Assembly: GCF_963921235.1 (NCBI RefSeq)
Contig: NC_086097.1
Span: 106,208,001-106,272,000, forward strand
DNA from: Mobula hypostoma
Lineage: Eukaryota
Reading direction: 5' to 3'
DNA length: 64,000 nt
Shown here: one piece after another, positions 12,561 through 26,411 of the stretch
How positions within the stretch are numbered: position 1 is the first letter of the stretch
Layout of the letters: the number at the start of each line of letters is the position of its first letter
The notes under the pieces: model-generated
Told to the model about the DNA's origin: nothing
The model's database searches: none
What the model saw: the letters and a program-made list of their open reading frames with translations, nothing else
Position numbers and translations under genes: made by a program

Positions 12561-13214
12561 AAAGCACATGATGATGTCAGTGTGTCCTCCCCTTTCTACG
12601 TTTAAAGCATCCCAGTCAGAAGTCACCCAGATCATTGGAGAAAATATTGGTTCTCCCCCACCCCCCCCACCAAAATGATTTGAATAGAAAGAAATAATAG
12701 AAAGTAATAATAGAAACTAATAGGAAGAAATATAGATATTACAGCATCAGAAACTGGATGGTTAAGTGTTCAGATTTCATGACATTTTGATTCTGCTTTC
12801 CTGGCACAGAGCTTTATTCACATCTTTAAAAATATTCAGGATATTGATAACAAAAAGTAGGTAGATTGAGGTGAGGTATTGAAGAGGAACGAAGGATAAT
12901 CCATTTAAACTGAAAACATAGGGAATGAGATTATATGTACAGAAATTTTTCACGGAAGATAACCGATTTGTAAAATAGTAATGTGAAAGTCCTTGTGAAG
13001 ACTGATTCCTTGCAGTCTCTTAAGAAAACATCAGGCATTTGTGTAAAATTACAATCCAACAGCGGAAAAACAGTGGCCTCTTGGTCAAACATGATAAACT
13101 TCATCAAGGATGAAGAGGAATGTGATAATGGAGACTCACTCCATTCTAATCAGAATCAGGTTTAATATCACCAGCATGTGTCATGAAATTTGTTTATATT
13201 TATATATATAAAAC

Positions 13215-15706
13215 TATATAACAATTACAGCACGGAAACAGGCCATCTCGCCCCTTCTAGTCCATACCGACTCTTAATCTCACCTAGTCCCACTGACCTG
13301 CACTCAGCCCATAACCCTCCATTCCTTTCCTGTCCATATATCTATCCAATTTAACTTTAAATGACAACATCGAACCTGCCTCAACCACTTCTGCTGGAAG
13401 CTCGTTCCACACAGCTACCACTCTCTGAGTAAAGAACTTCCCCCTCATGTTACCCCTAATCTTTTGCCCTTTAACTCTCAACTCAAGTCCTCTTGTTTGA
13501 ATCTCCCCCACTCTCAATGGGAAAAAGCCTATCCATGTCAACTCTATCAATCCCCCTCATAATTTTAAACACCTCTATCATGTCCCCCCTCAATCTTCTA
13601 CACTCTAAAGAATAAACTTGTTCAACCTTTCTCGTGAACTCAGGAGATGAAACCCAGGCAACAATTTAGCAAACCTCCTCTGTACTCTCTCAATTTTATT
13701 GACATCTTTCCTATAATTCGGTGACCAGAACTGTACACAATACTCCAAATTTGGCCTTACCAATGCCTTATACAATTTCAACATTACATCCCAACTCCTA
13801 TACTCAATGCTCTGATTTATAAAGGCCAGCATACCAAAAGCTTTCTTCACCATCCTATCCACATGAGATTCCACCTCAGGGAACTATGCACCATTATTCC
13901 TAGATCCCTCTGTTCTACAGCATTCTTCAATGCCCTACCATTTACCATGTCCTATTTTTATTCGTCCTACCAAAATGTAGCACCTCAGATTTTTCAGCAT
14001 TAAACTCCATCTGCCATCTTTCAGCCCACTCTTCTAACTGGCCTAAATCTCTCTGCAAGCTTTGAAAACCTACTTCATTATCCACAACGCCACCTATCTT
14101 AGTATCATCTGCATACTGACTAATCCAATTTACCACCCCATCATCCAGATCATTAATATACATGACAAACAACATTGGACCCAGTACAGATCCCTGAGGC
14201 ACACCGCTACACACCGTCCTCCAATCTGACTCACAGTTATCCACCACTACTCTCTGTCGTCTCCCATCTAGCCACTGCTGAATCCATTTTACTACTTCGA
14301 TTTTAATGCCTAACGATTGAATCTTCTTAACTAACCTTCCGTGTGGAACCTTGTCAAAGGCCTTACTGAAGTCCACATAGACAACATCCACTGCTTTACC
14401 CTCGTCAACTTTGTTAGTAACCTCATCAAAAAATTCAATAAGATTTGTCAAACATGACCTTCCACGCACAAATCCATGTTGACTGTTCCTAATCAGACCC
14501 TGTCTATCCAGATAATTATATATACCATCTCTAAGAATACTTTCCATCAATTTACCCACCACTGATGTCAAACTCACAGGCCGATAATTGCCAGGTTTAC
14601 TCTTAGAACCCTTTTTAAACAATGGAACAACATGAGCAATACGCCAATCCTCCGGTACCATCCCCGTATCTAATGACATTTGAAATATTTCTGTCAGAGC
14701 CCCTGCTATTTCCACACTAACTTCCCTCAAGGTCATAAGGAATATCTTGTCCGGACCCGGAGACTTATCCACTTTTATATTCCTTAAAACGCCTGTACTT
14801 CCTCTTCTTTAATTGACATACTTTCCATAACTACCCTTCTTGTTTCCTTTACCTTACACAATTCAATATCCTTCTCCTTAGTGAATACCAAAGAAAAGAA
14901 ATTGTTCAAAATCCCCCCCCCATCTCTTTTGGCTTCGCACATAGCCGTCCACTCTGATTCGCTAAGGGACCAATTTTACCCCCCACTATCCTTTTGCTAT
15001 TAACATAACTGTAGAAACCCTTTGGATTTATTTTCACCTTACTTGCCAAAGCAGGCTCGTATCTTCTTTTTAGCTTTTCTAATTTCTTTCTTAAGATTCT
15101 TTTTACATTCTTTATATTCCTCGAGCACCTTACTAACTCCAAGCTGCCTATATTTATTGAATATTTTTTCCAATATCCCTTGAAAACCATGGCTCTCTCA
15201 AACTTTCAACCTTTCCTGTCAACCTAACAGGAACATAAAGATCCTGTACCCTCAAAGTTTCTCCCTTAAATGACCTCCATTTCTCTATTACATCCTTCCC
15301 ATAAAACAAATTGTTCCAATCCACTCCTTCTAAATCCTTTTGCATCTCCTCAAAGTTAGCCTTTCTCCAATCAAAAACCTCAATCCTTGGTCCAGTCCTA
15401 TCCTTCTCCATAATTATATTGAAACTAATGGTATTGTGATCACTGGATCCGAAGTGCTCTCCAATACATACCTTCGTCACCTGCCCTATCTCATTCCCTA
15501 ACAGGAGATCCAACACTGTCCCTTCTCTGGTTGGTACCTCTATGTATTGCTGCAAAAAACTATCTTGCACACATTTGACAAACTCCAAACCATCCAGCCC
15601 TTTTACAGAATGGGCTGCCCAGTCTATGTGTGGAAAATTAAAATCTTCCACAATCACAGCCTTGTGCTTACTGCAAATATCTGCTATCTCCTTACAAGTT
15701 TGCTCA
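13215..15706 (-). mobile_element. CR1 LINE (endonuclease end to 3' UTR) with frameshifted ORF2, nested in a Rex1 fragment
   Basis: [80 protein letters not shown]. Confidence 0.96.
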
Positions 15707-15724
15707 CATACATACATATATATA

Positions 15725-16215
15725 TTTATAGTGCAAAAATAGAAATAAAATAGTAGTGAGGTAGTGTCATGGATTCAATGTCCATTCAGAAATTGGATGG
15801 CAGAGGGGAAGAACCTGTTCCTGAATCCTTGAATGTCTGCATTCAGGCTCCTGTATCTACTTCCTGATGATAGCAATGAGAACAAGACATGACCCTGGTG
15901 ATGGGGGTTCTTAATGATGGACACCACATTTTTGAAACATCACTCTTTGCAGATGAGATATCCTGGATATAATGTAGGTTAGTGGCCATGATGGAGCTGA
16001 CTAAGTTTACAACTCTCTAGCTTATTTTGATCCTGTGTAGTAGCTTCTTCCCCATCCTCCACCCTAGCACACGGTGATACAGCCAGTTAGAATGCTCTCC
16101 ACAGTACATTGGTAGAAATTTGTGAGGGTCTTTGGTGGCCTACCAAATCTCCTGAAATCCCTAATGAAATATAGCTGCTGTCGTGCCTTCTTTGTAGCTG
16201 CACTAATATGTTGCG
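15725..16215 (-). mobile_element. Rex1/Babar LINE 3' fragment; its (GATTCT)n tail lies at ~13147-13160, on the other side of the CR1
   Basis: Reverse-complement homology to 3600-3990. Confidence 0.7.
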
Positions 16216-17251
16216 ATCATAAGAAAGTGGAAATAGAGTTACAAGGATGAATCCAAAAATATGAAGTAAATACAGACCAGGTTGCTTTTAAATCATCCTA
16301 GGAACATAATATAACCAAACATATTGGAAATTTATGTAAAACAATATTCTGTTCTGATTTGAAGGTTCCTTGATCTTACTGAATTGATGAAAGAAAATGA
16401 AACCAAGAATAAAAGATGATGCTTGCTAATCCCAAATTTTAATACTCCCATCATGGAAATTTTTAGTGCCAGCAGTGTTCATTCACATCATTCACCCACA
16501 GGAAGATGGAACAAACTAGATTACAAGCTCTTGTCAGAAAACCAGGAGTCTAAAGTGAGAAATCATATACTCATAAAGATGAAATAAGGACAGCTGCTCG
16601 GAGTTCAATGTGTTAATATGCAATTCCTCCAGACCTGAAAACATCCATTAAAGTAACAATATGTAACGAGCCATCATATACTTTGTTTGAGAGCTTGTCA
16701 TTGTGCATGAAGCATGTGGATGCGTGGTGGTTTGGTTGCAGAAGGGTCTTTAATCCACTTCTAGATGAGAGGAGTCATGGTTGTGTGTGTGGTCCTGGGT
16801 AGGATAGATGAATGCTGGGCCATCAGTGAAAGTGGCATTAGGATCCTGGTATAAAGATTATGACAGGGTGCAATTGGCTGCTGAGGATGTCACGTGGTCC
16901 TGATTGGTTGAGGAGGTTGTGATCAAGCTGAAATATGCTTGTGGTAAGCCTGAGGGTGTTCCATAATGACCAGGTGTAACGGCTAGTGGTGAGAGGTCAC
17001 TGCAAAAAACAACTACAGCTCAGACTCAATGGGCTGAATGGCCTACTTCTGCTCCTATATCTTGTGGTCTTTGGAAGCATTGAATGTTGATAGCTGATAA
17101 TGGGAGCAGTGGTTGACAATTTTTGAAAAATGAGAGAACTTAAAAATATGAGGTTGGAATAGGAGGAGGGAGGGAGTGTTGCTTTAAATCAGAACAAAAG
17201 ATTTAACTGAGTGACTGGGAGGAACAGTGCTCATCCTATAGGCCTACAAAC

Positions 17252-17958
17252 TATTATGTTTTGTAACCTAAAACTAATCAAAAGAAGAACACTGGAGTCT
17301 GGGGATACTCTTTGTTTTGTTTTACTTCTTTAGTGAGGACATAGAACATAGAAATTTACAGCACATTACAGGCCCTTCAGCCACAATGTTATGCCAACCA
17401 TGTAACCTACTATCGAAACTGCTCAGAATTCCCCTACTGCATAGCCCTCTATTTTTCTAAGCTCCATGTACCTATCTAAGAGTCTCTTAAAAGACCCTAT
17501 TGTATCCACTTTCACCACCGCCACTGGCAGTGCATTCCACGCACCCACCACTCTGTGTGGAAAAACTTACCCCTGACATACCCTCAGTATCTATTTCCAA
17601 CTTCCTTAAAACTATGTTCTCTCGTGTCAGCCATTTCAGTTCTGAGAAAAAGCCTCTGATTATCCACACGATCAATACCTCTCATCATCTTATACACTTT
17701 TATCAGGTCACCTCTCATCCTCCATCGGTCTAAAGAGAAAAGGCCAAGTTCACTCAGCCTATTCACATAAAGTACACTCTCTATAGTATCCACATCCTTC
17801 CTGTAGTGAGGTGACCAGAGCTGAGGTGCATACTTATGATGTGATGGCGTATGCCATTCACGTACTTTTACACATGACCTGTACAACAAAGAATGCTTAA
17901 TCAAACAATATATATATACAATAGTGCTCAAATAATACTTAAATATTAAATAAACAAC
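17252..17958 (-). repeat. Gypsy 3' LTR, split by a CR1 insertion
   Basis: 17885-17958 matches 22088-22159; 17252-17338 matches the reverse complement of 59700-59790. Confidence 0.7.
17339..17821 (-). mobile_element. CR1 3' fragment nested in the Gypsy LTR
   Basis: QLWSPHYRKDV...LGLFSL.RWRMRGDLIKVYKMMRGIDRV; (TTCTATG) tail; TGAGG repeated at both junctions. Confidence 0.88.
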
Positions 17959-18031
17959 ACATCCCTGCTTGGCTATCAACTCCAGCTCAATATAGAATGC
18001 ATCTCAACTTATGTACAGAATACTATATAAT

Positions 18032-18305
18032 TGGCAGGGTGGAGATAGGTCTCTACCAAAGGAGGTGTAACGTGCTTCTTCCTGGGCAAGGTGTAACACA
18101 TGCTTAGCCCCTGATCGTGGTCACAGGAAGCCATGCAAGCAGGTAGTGGATTGTTGTTTGAACAGCTGGTGCATATCTCAAGTCCTGGCACTGACACCAG
18201 GCGGACAATCTCTGAAGAGTATTGATAATGGCTGGGCTCATCTGTCTTGTAAGGGCACTGCACTGATGAAGGCAATGGCAAATCACTTCCGTAGAAAAAT
18301 ATCTC
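18032..18305 (+). mobile_element. RTE-derived non-autonomous element (copy 2, partial)
   Basis: tctctaccaaaggaggtgtaa...ctctgaagagtattgataatggctgg...gaaggcaatggcaaatcacttccgtagaaaa. Confidence 0.7.
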
Positions 18306-18899
18306 CATTGTTGGTAGGGCAGTGCCAGAGTCAGGAGTAGAGGTCATGATGCAAACCTATAGAGGTGGGGTGTAGAGGTTTTGGTGACTGCTTGCTATGC
18401 AGAACTTACTCTCTCCTTGGCGTTACGGGGCTGCAAAGAAAAGAACCATCAGGACCGTCACAGAAGCTACTGAACGTGCCTCCAGATGGCCATGGATCAA
18501 GAGGTGACCCATGGACCAATGGTACTGAAACACAAGCCAGGACCTGATCAACCCTGGCTGGGTCACCTGGGCAAGAGTGTCTGATGTTGAAAGACAAGAA
18601 ACACCCAATTACCACAGGTTATATCACTGATGATATGTCCCAGCACATTCTAGGATGTATCTCAGCATCATTGTCAAAGACCATATTCGGCCATGTCTTA
18701 CGACACGGCACATAATGATGATGACTATATAATACAACACTCTGATTGGAAGGTGAGATTTGCGGCTGTGAAACACTCTCAGGTTCTAGGTTCTGTGTTC
18801 TGTGTTGGTTGTAGGAGTTGACTCTGGGACTGCAGGAAGTGGTTCTGGAATCTCTGGACACCTTTCTTCTCTAACAATTGACTCTGCTCTCCTCAACTA

Positions 18900-21800
18900 A
18901 TCCATGTGTTCTCTCTAGTTGATATCAGACGCAATCTCCACTGTGTAGGAGAGCCATCTAGCTTTGTCCTTAACCTTTCCAATTACCCACTTTTGATCAT
19001 TTTCGTAGTTACTCATCAGAACTGCTTGTCCGGAGGAGAGGCATCGAACCTCTTTGTTTGAGGGGAGCTCAATTTGTCTCAGCTGTTTATCCTGCACACT
19101 CCTTCTGAGACTGGGCTTGAGGAGATCTAAGTGTGAGCACAAGGGATGACCCAGGAACAGCATATCTGTGAGTTATTGGTTGTGGAGTGTGCTGCAATGC
19201 AATATGCAAGGAGGATATTGACAAGCTTCTGATTCAGTGTCAGTGTAGTGTGTTTTGCTGACATTGCTCACAGTACGTTCTTTAGACTCTGAACAAACCT
19301 TCTTGCCAAGCTGCTTGTAGCTGGTTGGCACGGTGCAGATCTAACATGTCTTATTCCATTCAATTTCAGGAATGACTGAAACTGTTCCACACCAAACTGT
19401 CATTCATTGTCACAAGTGTTCTGCAATACCAGTCCTTGAGAAGAGGCTTCTCAACACATCAGCAGTGTGCGAGACTGTAGTGAAGGCCATTGGGAACAGT
19501 TCTGGCCACTTTGTGGCTGCATCCGCTACTACCAAGAAATTTGTGCCAATGAGTGCCTGGCAAAATCCACAGGAATCATTTGCCAGGGCATTGCAAGCCA
19601 TTTTCAGGGATGAAGAGACTGCTCTTGGCATCTTCTGGATATATTGGCATCCCAAACAGTACATGGCAGCCTGCTCGATCTGCTGATCTATCCCAGGCCA
19701 TCAGACCAAACTTCGCGCCAACACTTTCATTTTGACCATGCCTAGATGACCAGCATGTAGCTCCTCCAACACTTCAGTTCTTAGCTTGGATGTCACAACA
19801 ACTCCCAATCCCCACATAAGGGAAACCCTGTCAAGGGCAAGTTTATTTTGGCACTGGTAAAAATGGGGCAACTGGAACTTCTGCTGTACATTGCAGCCAT
19901 TTGGGTTGCCATTGTAGACCTGAGAGAGTGTGGGTTTCCCTTTGGATCATCTCTGCTGTAATAGACTTCTGATTTGCATTAGGGAGAATACGTCAAGCAG
20001 AATGTTTTCACTTGTAAATTTTTCAGCTATTTTCTTTTCCAAGGGTAAATGGAACAATCTTATCAATATTTCAATGACTAGTCATTTTCTTGAATTCAAT
20101 CTTGTAATTGTGTCCTACAAGAAACAGAGTTCATCTCTGCATTCATGCTGCTGCTTTTAGTGGAACACCCTTCTGTGGATTGACAATGGACATTAGTGAT
20201 TGATGATCAGTAATGAGGGTAACCTCTCTCCCATACAAGCACTGGTTGAAACATTTTACACCCAAACTCTCTGTGTGTCATTTTTGCTTGCAGTGGTATG
20301 AGAACATGATGCAAAGACCATGGGGCATTCCCTTCTACTCATAACGTGTGACATGACGAACTATATCATAAGATGACGTGTCACAGGCAAGCTTCACTGG
20401 ATGAGGTGGATCATAATGTGTGAGTACAGTGTCTGATATCACCATTTCCCTTGACTTTTGGAAAGCCACCTCACAATGCTTTGTCCATTCCCGATATGTA
20501 GTAACGTGTTCAAGAGATGCAGCACAATAGCCAGATTTGGCAGGAACCTGTTATAGTAATTGACAAATCCTAGAAAGAACCATAACTGCGACATGTCCTC
20601 TGGTCTTGGAATTTTCTCAGCATATGGGTCAATCTTGTGCATCAATGATGTGACCACAGTAAGTGATGCTTGGTTTAAAGAATTCACATTGATTGCATCA
20701 TGTTCTGAGCCCATAATCTGTTGATCTTTATAACACTGTCTTGAGGTTTTGGAAGTGTTCCTTGTCATTCTCACTGGTACCAAAGATGACATCCTGGTAA
20801 CACTGAGGGCCTGGACAGCCTTGTAGCACCTGGCCCACAGCTTTATGCCCGAATGCAGATGTAGATGTGACTTCAACAATAAGGCTATTATAGCGATAAA
20901 GCCCTTTGTGAGAAATACTCTGGACTCTTCTTCCATTTCCAGCTGTAGGTAGGCCTCAGCTTAGTCCACTTTGCTGAAGTGTTTTCCTCCAGAAAGTTTT
21001 GCAAAGATATCCTCTATCCTGTGCACAGAGTACTGATCTACTTTCAGTACTGGGTTGATGATGACTTTAAAATTACCACTAGATCCTGATAGACCCATTC
21101 TTCTTGGCTTCTGGGATCACTGGTGCTGCCACTCAACCTTATAAAGAATTCCTTCAGCCTTCATGTGATCTAGCTCACTAGCTAGTTTATCACAGATGGT
21201 ATAAGGAATCTTATGGGCTTTGCAAAACTAGGATGTGACATTTTCATTTTACACTATTTTTCTCTTGATATGTTTGAGTTTTCCACTGCCATCCTTGAAC
21301 ACAGCTGTGGCATTATCCAGTCCTTTTAAAAAATTTGCTTTATGTTGACTCTATTGCAGGTGACTTGGCATGCAGATGGTGGATGGATCTCCAAACAAGT
21401 TGTAGTTGTCTCAGCCAAACACATCTCCGGAACGCTGGTCCTCCTGTTTTATTCCATACAAGTCTAATGTGGCTTGTTGTTATGAATGTCATTCTCATAA
21501 GAATGATCTTTTCCCCAGTACAAGTTCTTAGTTGGATATTGTATCTGCCGGTTTCAGTTCTGCATCTTTGAAATGACGTTCAGACTAATTTTGTGGAATG
21601 ACTGAAATAGCTAAGTCAGTGACCAATTCCATTTTAATTAATTTGCTGTTCACTTCTGGTGTAAGCCTGTTTATTTTCAGTTTTCACATGTAAATTGCAA
21701 GGCTACCTAGTACCGTGTCGCCCTCATCATTATCAGATTTTTCATCAACAGCATGCAGGTTCATGCTCTTTCTGAAACTGCAGATTGACTTCTTCTCTTT

Positions 21801-22085
21801 TTCTCTTCCAAGTTATTTTTGTCTGCCTGATATGCTCTTTGTATGCCTCCTACTTTGTTGCATTATCTACAAGTTTTGCATTTAAGCCTACATTGTTCTG
21901 GTGTACGTGAGCCCCTGCCACAATGGTAAATCAATTTATTCAGCCAGTCAGGTTTCTTTTTATACATTGCAATTCTGTTAGTGCTCACATTGATTCCTGA
22001 CTGCAACTCAATTGTTTCCTTCTCTGCTGTTTCCATTGACACAGCGATTTCAACTGCTCTTTTAAAAGTAAGTTGTGCTTTAGTT
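18900..22085 (-). pseudogene. pol: Gypsy gag-pol remnant
   Basis: Gag Zn-knuckle remnant YHCGRGSRTPEQC (~21890-21930); RT RIEDIFAKLSGGKHFSKVD.AEAYLQ (~20940-21020) and FLGFVNYYNRFLPNLA; RNase H TLITDHQSL; integrase HAGHLGMVKMK and FLVVADAATKWPE...LRSLFSRTGI. Confidence 0.88.
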
Positions 22086-22087
22086 AA

Positions 22088-22159
22088 ACAACAAATAATG
22101 CCTAATCAAATATATTTGCGATACTGCTCAAATATTACTGAAATATTAAATATATATCA
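22088..22159 (-). repeat. Gypsy 5' LTR remnant (inner part, PBS and gag start deleted)
   Basis: Direct-repeat homology to 17885-17958; abuts gag sequence directly. Confidence 0.65.
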
Positions 22160-22194
22160 CAAACAGCATTACTGTTAACAATTTCAGATAGCCA

Positions 22195-23600
22195 GAGAAT
22201 CACAGAAAAGTTACAAGCACAGGAGGCCATTTGACCAAACTTGTTTTGAGCAGATCTCCACCATAACACCTCTCCAGTTCCGCCAAATGGCCCCTTCTCC
22301 ACAGCTTTGCAACTTTTTCTCAACCACATTTTATTTAATTTCCATATGAAGACCACAATGGAACCTGTCTCCACCACATCTATGGCAGAACCACACACAG
22401 CACATAAAGAGTTTTACTCATTTCACTTTTAACCTTTTTGTGCTTTATCTTGAACCTCTAGTCCTTAACTCCTTCACTAAAGGGAACAGCGAGTGTAGAC
22501 CCAGACAACTCTATCTCTCCTTATATGCCAAACCCTTCAGCTCCTGAATTAACCTGGTGAACCTCCTCTGCACCACCTCCAAAGTCAGTATATGTTTTAT
22601 CAGTAAGGAGCCCAAAACTGCATGCAGCATTTCAAGTCCGGCCTCAACAGTACCCTGCCTAGTTGCAGCATAACCTCTCTGCTCCTAAATTAAACTCTTC
22701 CAGGAATAAGGCCAATATTCCATTTGCTTTCTTGATAACCTGTTACACCTGAAAATTAACTTCTTGCAATTTACTCACAAACACTCCTAGATCCCGCTGC
22801 ACTCATTGTGCTGCAACCTTTCACCATTTAAGTAATAATCTGATCTTCTATTTTCCTTCCAAAATGGATGACCTCACATTTACCAGAATTGTACTCCATC
22901 TGCCAGACCCTTGCCCATGTAGGTAACCTATCTATATCTCTTTGCAAACTCTCCACATTCTCTGCCCAATTTGTTTTTTCACTCAATTTAATATTATCTG
23001 CAAACCTGTATGCACTTGGTTCCCTCTTCCAAATCATAAATGTATATTACAAACAACTGCAGGCTCAGCACAGATCCCTGTAGCACTCAGCTCACCATTG
23101 ATTGCCAAACAGTCAAACATCCATTTATCCCAACTCTCAGCCTTCTATTGATTAGCCAATACTTTATCCATGCTAATACATTAATCTCTACTTCATGCAT
23201 CCTTATCTTATGGATAAGTTTTTTTATATAGCATCTTACTGAACGCCTTCTGGAAATCCAAGGATACTACATCCACCTGTTCCCTTCTATCCATGGCGCT
23301 TATTATATTCCCAAGGAACTCCAGTATGTTTATCAAACAGGAGCTGACATTCCTGAATATATTGTGTGTCTGCCTGATGGGACCACTTCTATCAAATGTC
23401 TATTTCCTTCTTTATCATTTCTTAATAATAGCTTCAAACATTTTCTCAACACAAGATGTTAAGCTAAGTGGCTTATAGTTTGCTTACCTCCTTTTTAAAC
23501 AGTGGTGCAACACTTACTTTCTTCCAATTTGCTGCAACCTGCCAAGAGCCCAGAGAATTTCGGTGAGTTATCAAAGGCTTCCACCGTTACTTTCAGTATC
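22195..23600 (-). mobile_element. Old CR1 LINE fragment(s)
   Basis: FADNIKL...LQRDIDRL..WARVWQMEYNSGKCEVIHFGRK; DFQKAF-like motif near 23250. Confidence 0.85.
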
Positions 23601-23649
23601 CTGGGACCTTTACACTCACTAGTTTGCTCAGTTGGTTCATATGGCAGGT

Positions 23650-24320
23650 GTTCTTCTCTTCACTCTTCTAATTGTTTTTTGTCAAGCCACTCCTCCAGCT
23701 TGTGGCCGCATCAATGGACCCCAGCAAAGCCATCTCAGATCTTGGTGAGGGGGCACATTTGGGCCAGGTGGAGGTCGTCCTGGGTTGGGGCACCACAGGA
23801 GCAAGCTGTTTGCAGTGTAGCGTTTGTGCCGTTCTGGCGTGTTGATCTCGGAGTCTATTTACATCTGTCCAGTTTTTCTCCGGAAGCTGTAGTAAAGCCT
23901 GGGAGTGCTGAGGTGGGGTCATTGATCAGATAATCGCCGGGGGCAGAGTGGTGGGGCCTGTTGGTGTGCCAGTACTGGAGTATTCATAGGTTTTTCAAGT
24001 TGTAGAATTTTTGGGATTTGATTCGGGAAGTTGGAGGAGCATTTTCGATGAGTTACAAATTAGAATGTGGTTGGGCATGTTTTGGATACGCTTGGTATAA
24101 TTTTTGCTGAAGCTGCCCTTCTATAGATCTCCGGGGGTGGGGCAGGGGTGCTGTTGTTGGCAGCCTTTTGGCAGGTATTATAGACTTTAGAGCTCCTGAG
24201 ATTATTCTCATTGAAGTATGGAGCTGTGGAAGGATGATGTTTGTGTGAGCACATCTTCATAGATGTTCATAGGACTGACTGGTTAGCACTCCATTTTGTT
24301 CCTGCTATCTCCTTGATCAT
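23650..24320 (-). mobile_element. Non-LTR retrotransposon 3' fragment, probably Vingi/Ingi-like
   Basis: Frameshifted IENAPPTSRIKSQKF...DPTSALPGF...WTDVNRLRDQHART...ACSCGAPTQDDLHLAQMCP (C-terminal CCHC finger). Confidence 0.55.
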
Positions 24321-24774
24321 GGCTGTTATGGATTTTAGATTATTTACAACATTTTGAAGTTTGCTCAGTACTACTTCTTCAGTGATAGTGACTGTAGAGG
24401 CGAGGTCATCGCCTCCCATCACATCCTGTGGAGAATATGCAAACTTCAAAATGACAATACCGGAGGTCAGTCATATTCAACACAAGCTGCTGCAGCTGTG
24501 AGGAGGCAGCTTCACTAGCTGTGCCACTTTGCCACAGGAACAGGGTGGATGAACTTTATTGTTGGATCGTGTATTCTGACATCACTTAGTCAGTGGAAGA
24601 TCTTTGAATGTGCAAGGATAAGCTGTAAAAAGTTGAAAAGGGACATAGGATCTTAGATCTTGATAATGAAGATATTAATTGCAAAAGAAGGCAAGATGAA
24701 CTTCAAGAAAATAGTGGGTCGTCCACACATGTTTAGTTCTGGGAATTGTACTATTGTACAAGAAAATGAACAAA

Positions 24775-24960
24775 AATAACCTGCAGTTGCCCGAAATCTA
24801 AAGCAAAAAGCAGAAAAAGCCAGAAATATTCAGCAGGTCAGGTTGCATCTGGGGAGAAATGTTAAAGAGCATTTGTTGGAACTGGGAAGGACAGAAAAGA
24901 AGGTCATTAGGCTGCAAGAAGGGTGAGGATGACGAGACTTTTGTCAGGTCAGAAGAGTTT
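24775..24960 (-). mobile_element. PLE terminal fragment, degenerate
   Basis: ctgcagttgcccgaaatc...cagcaggtcaggttgcatctgg is similar to other PLE termini in the window. Confidence 0.5.
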
Positions 24961-25322
24961 GTCACTACTTTATACACTAGAGGCATTCAGGTTATCTTGT
25001 AAGTACAGGTTCCATCCATTCCCAGGAGTTTGAGGCCTCATGTTTGGGGTCCTGGTCAATGAAGAATCTGGACTTTGAGACCTTGTGTTTGGGGTCCCGG
25101 ACAATGGAGAGTCTAGTGTTCAGAGTCCTCATTCTACCTAGGCTGATACTGAAGATCAAAATCTGATAACCAATTATAAGCCTTCAAGCCAAGGCCTGGG
25201 TCTATGAGTCTGCTGGGGAAGTCAAAGGCCTGGAGACGGTCAGTCCTGGGGTTGGAACACTGTCTGTATGGGTTGGGAGGAGGAATGGGACTTGCTTTGC
25301 TGTTGTTGCTTTGTTGCTTTGC

Positions 25323-25566
25323 TAATGTAATGGTCTTTCTGTAGCAGCATTGATAATGTAATGGCCTTTCTGTAGCAGCACTGTTAATGTAATGGTCTTT
25401 CTGTAGCAGCATTGATAATGTAATGGCCTTTCTGTAGCAGCGCTGCTAATGTAATGGTCTTTCTGTACAGGCACTGTTAATATAATGGTCTTCTGTACAA
25501 GCGCTATTACTGTAATGGTCTTTCTGTAGAAGGACTGTTAATGTAATGGTTTTTTTTGTAGCAGCA
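25323..25566. repeat. Minisatellite, 31-bp unit, ~8 copies
   Basis: Head-to-tail TAATGTAATGGTCTTTCTGTAGCAGCATTGA variants with no spacers. Confidence 0.95.
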
Positions 25567-25759
25567 GTGATGCTGTTTTTATTGCTTGAGTTCTCTTGAA
25601 CTTGGCGGGCATACTATCCTGGCATCGGAGTGTATGGTTACACTTGCAGGCTGCCCCAGCACATCCTTAGGAATTTTTGTCATATGGTGACTTACAGAAC
25701 ACAATAGAAGGGAGAGCCAAATTGGCTAGTACTTGGAGAACTGTTTTCACTTTTGGTCA

Positions 25760-26190
25760 CTGTGCTGCTGGAAAGAATGTAGAAAAGAACCACAAGGGTT
25801 TTACCAGGACTTGTGGGACTGGATTATAGGAGAGGTTGGGTAGGCCCAGGCTTTGTGCCTTGGAGCATAGAAGACCAAGAGACTATCTTATACAGGTGTA
25901 GAAAATCATGATGAATGCACAGTTTTTTTCACTAGGGTTAGGAATCAAGAACTGTGGAGAAAGGTTTAAAGTGACAGGGGAAAGATTAAATAGGATCCCA
26001 AGGAGCAACATTTTCACACTGTCAGAGTAAGTGGTTGGGGCAAGTATATTAGCAACGTTTAAGAAAACATTTGATCAAGTAATTGGATGGAAGGGCACTG
26101 AGAATATGGACCAACTGGGACTAACTTAGATGGTTCCTGGTCAGCATGACTGAGTTGGGCTTAAGGGCCTGCTTTCATGTTCTATGACTT
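25760..26190 (+). mobile_element. CR1 3' fragment, degenerate
   Basis: Colinear with 29900-30430; ends gggcctgctttcatgttctatgact. Confidence 0.75.
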
Positions 26191-26411
26191 TCTGCACAGG
26201 TATCTCTGAAAAGTCTACTTTCTTTGTGAACAGTGGCTTTCCCTTTACCACTGATAAGAAAGCCCTTGTCTGCATCTCATCAATTTCCTTTGTCTCTGCT
26301 CTTTCTCTTTCTCTTTCAAATCACAATAAGGACAGAATTCTCGTGATCCTCACCTTCCACACCAGTGTTGATTGTCAACTAGGAGGAGATATTATTTCCG
26401 ATCTGCACTAG

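Larger units (their letters stand above)
17252..22159 (-). mobile_element. Ty3/Gypsy LTR retrotransposon (Mag-like), degenerate
   Basis: 5-bp TSD CAAAC (17247-17251, 22160-22164); LTR copies at both ends; gag-pol remnants in the order Zn-knuckle, PR, RT, RH, IN. Confidence 0.9.

Noticed and set aside
25323..25566. CRISPR-sized 31-bp repeats
   Set aside because: Head-to-tail with no unique spacers, no cas genes, and a eukaryotic context.
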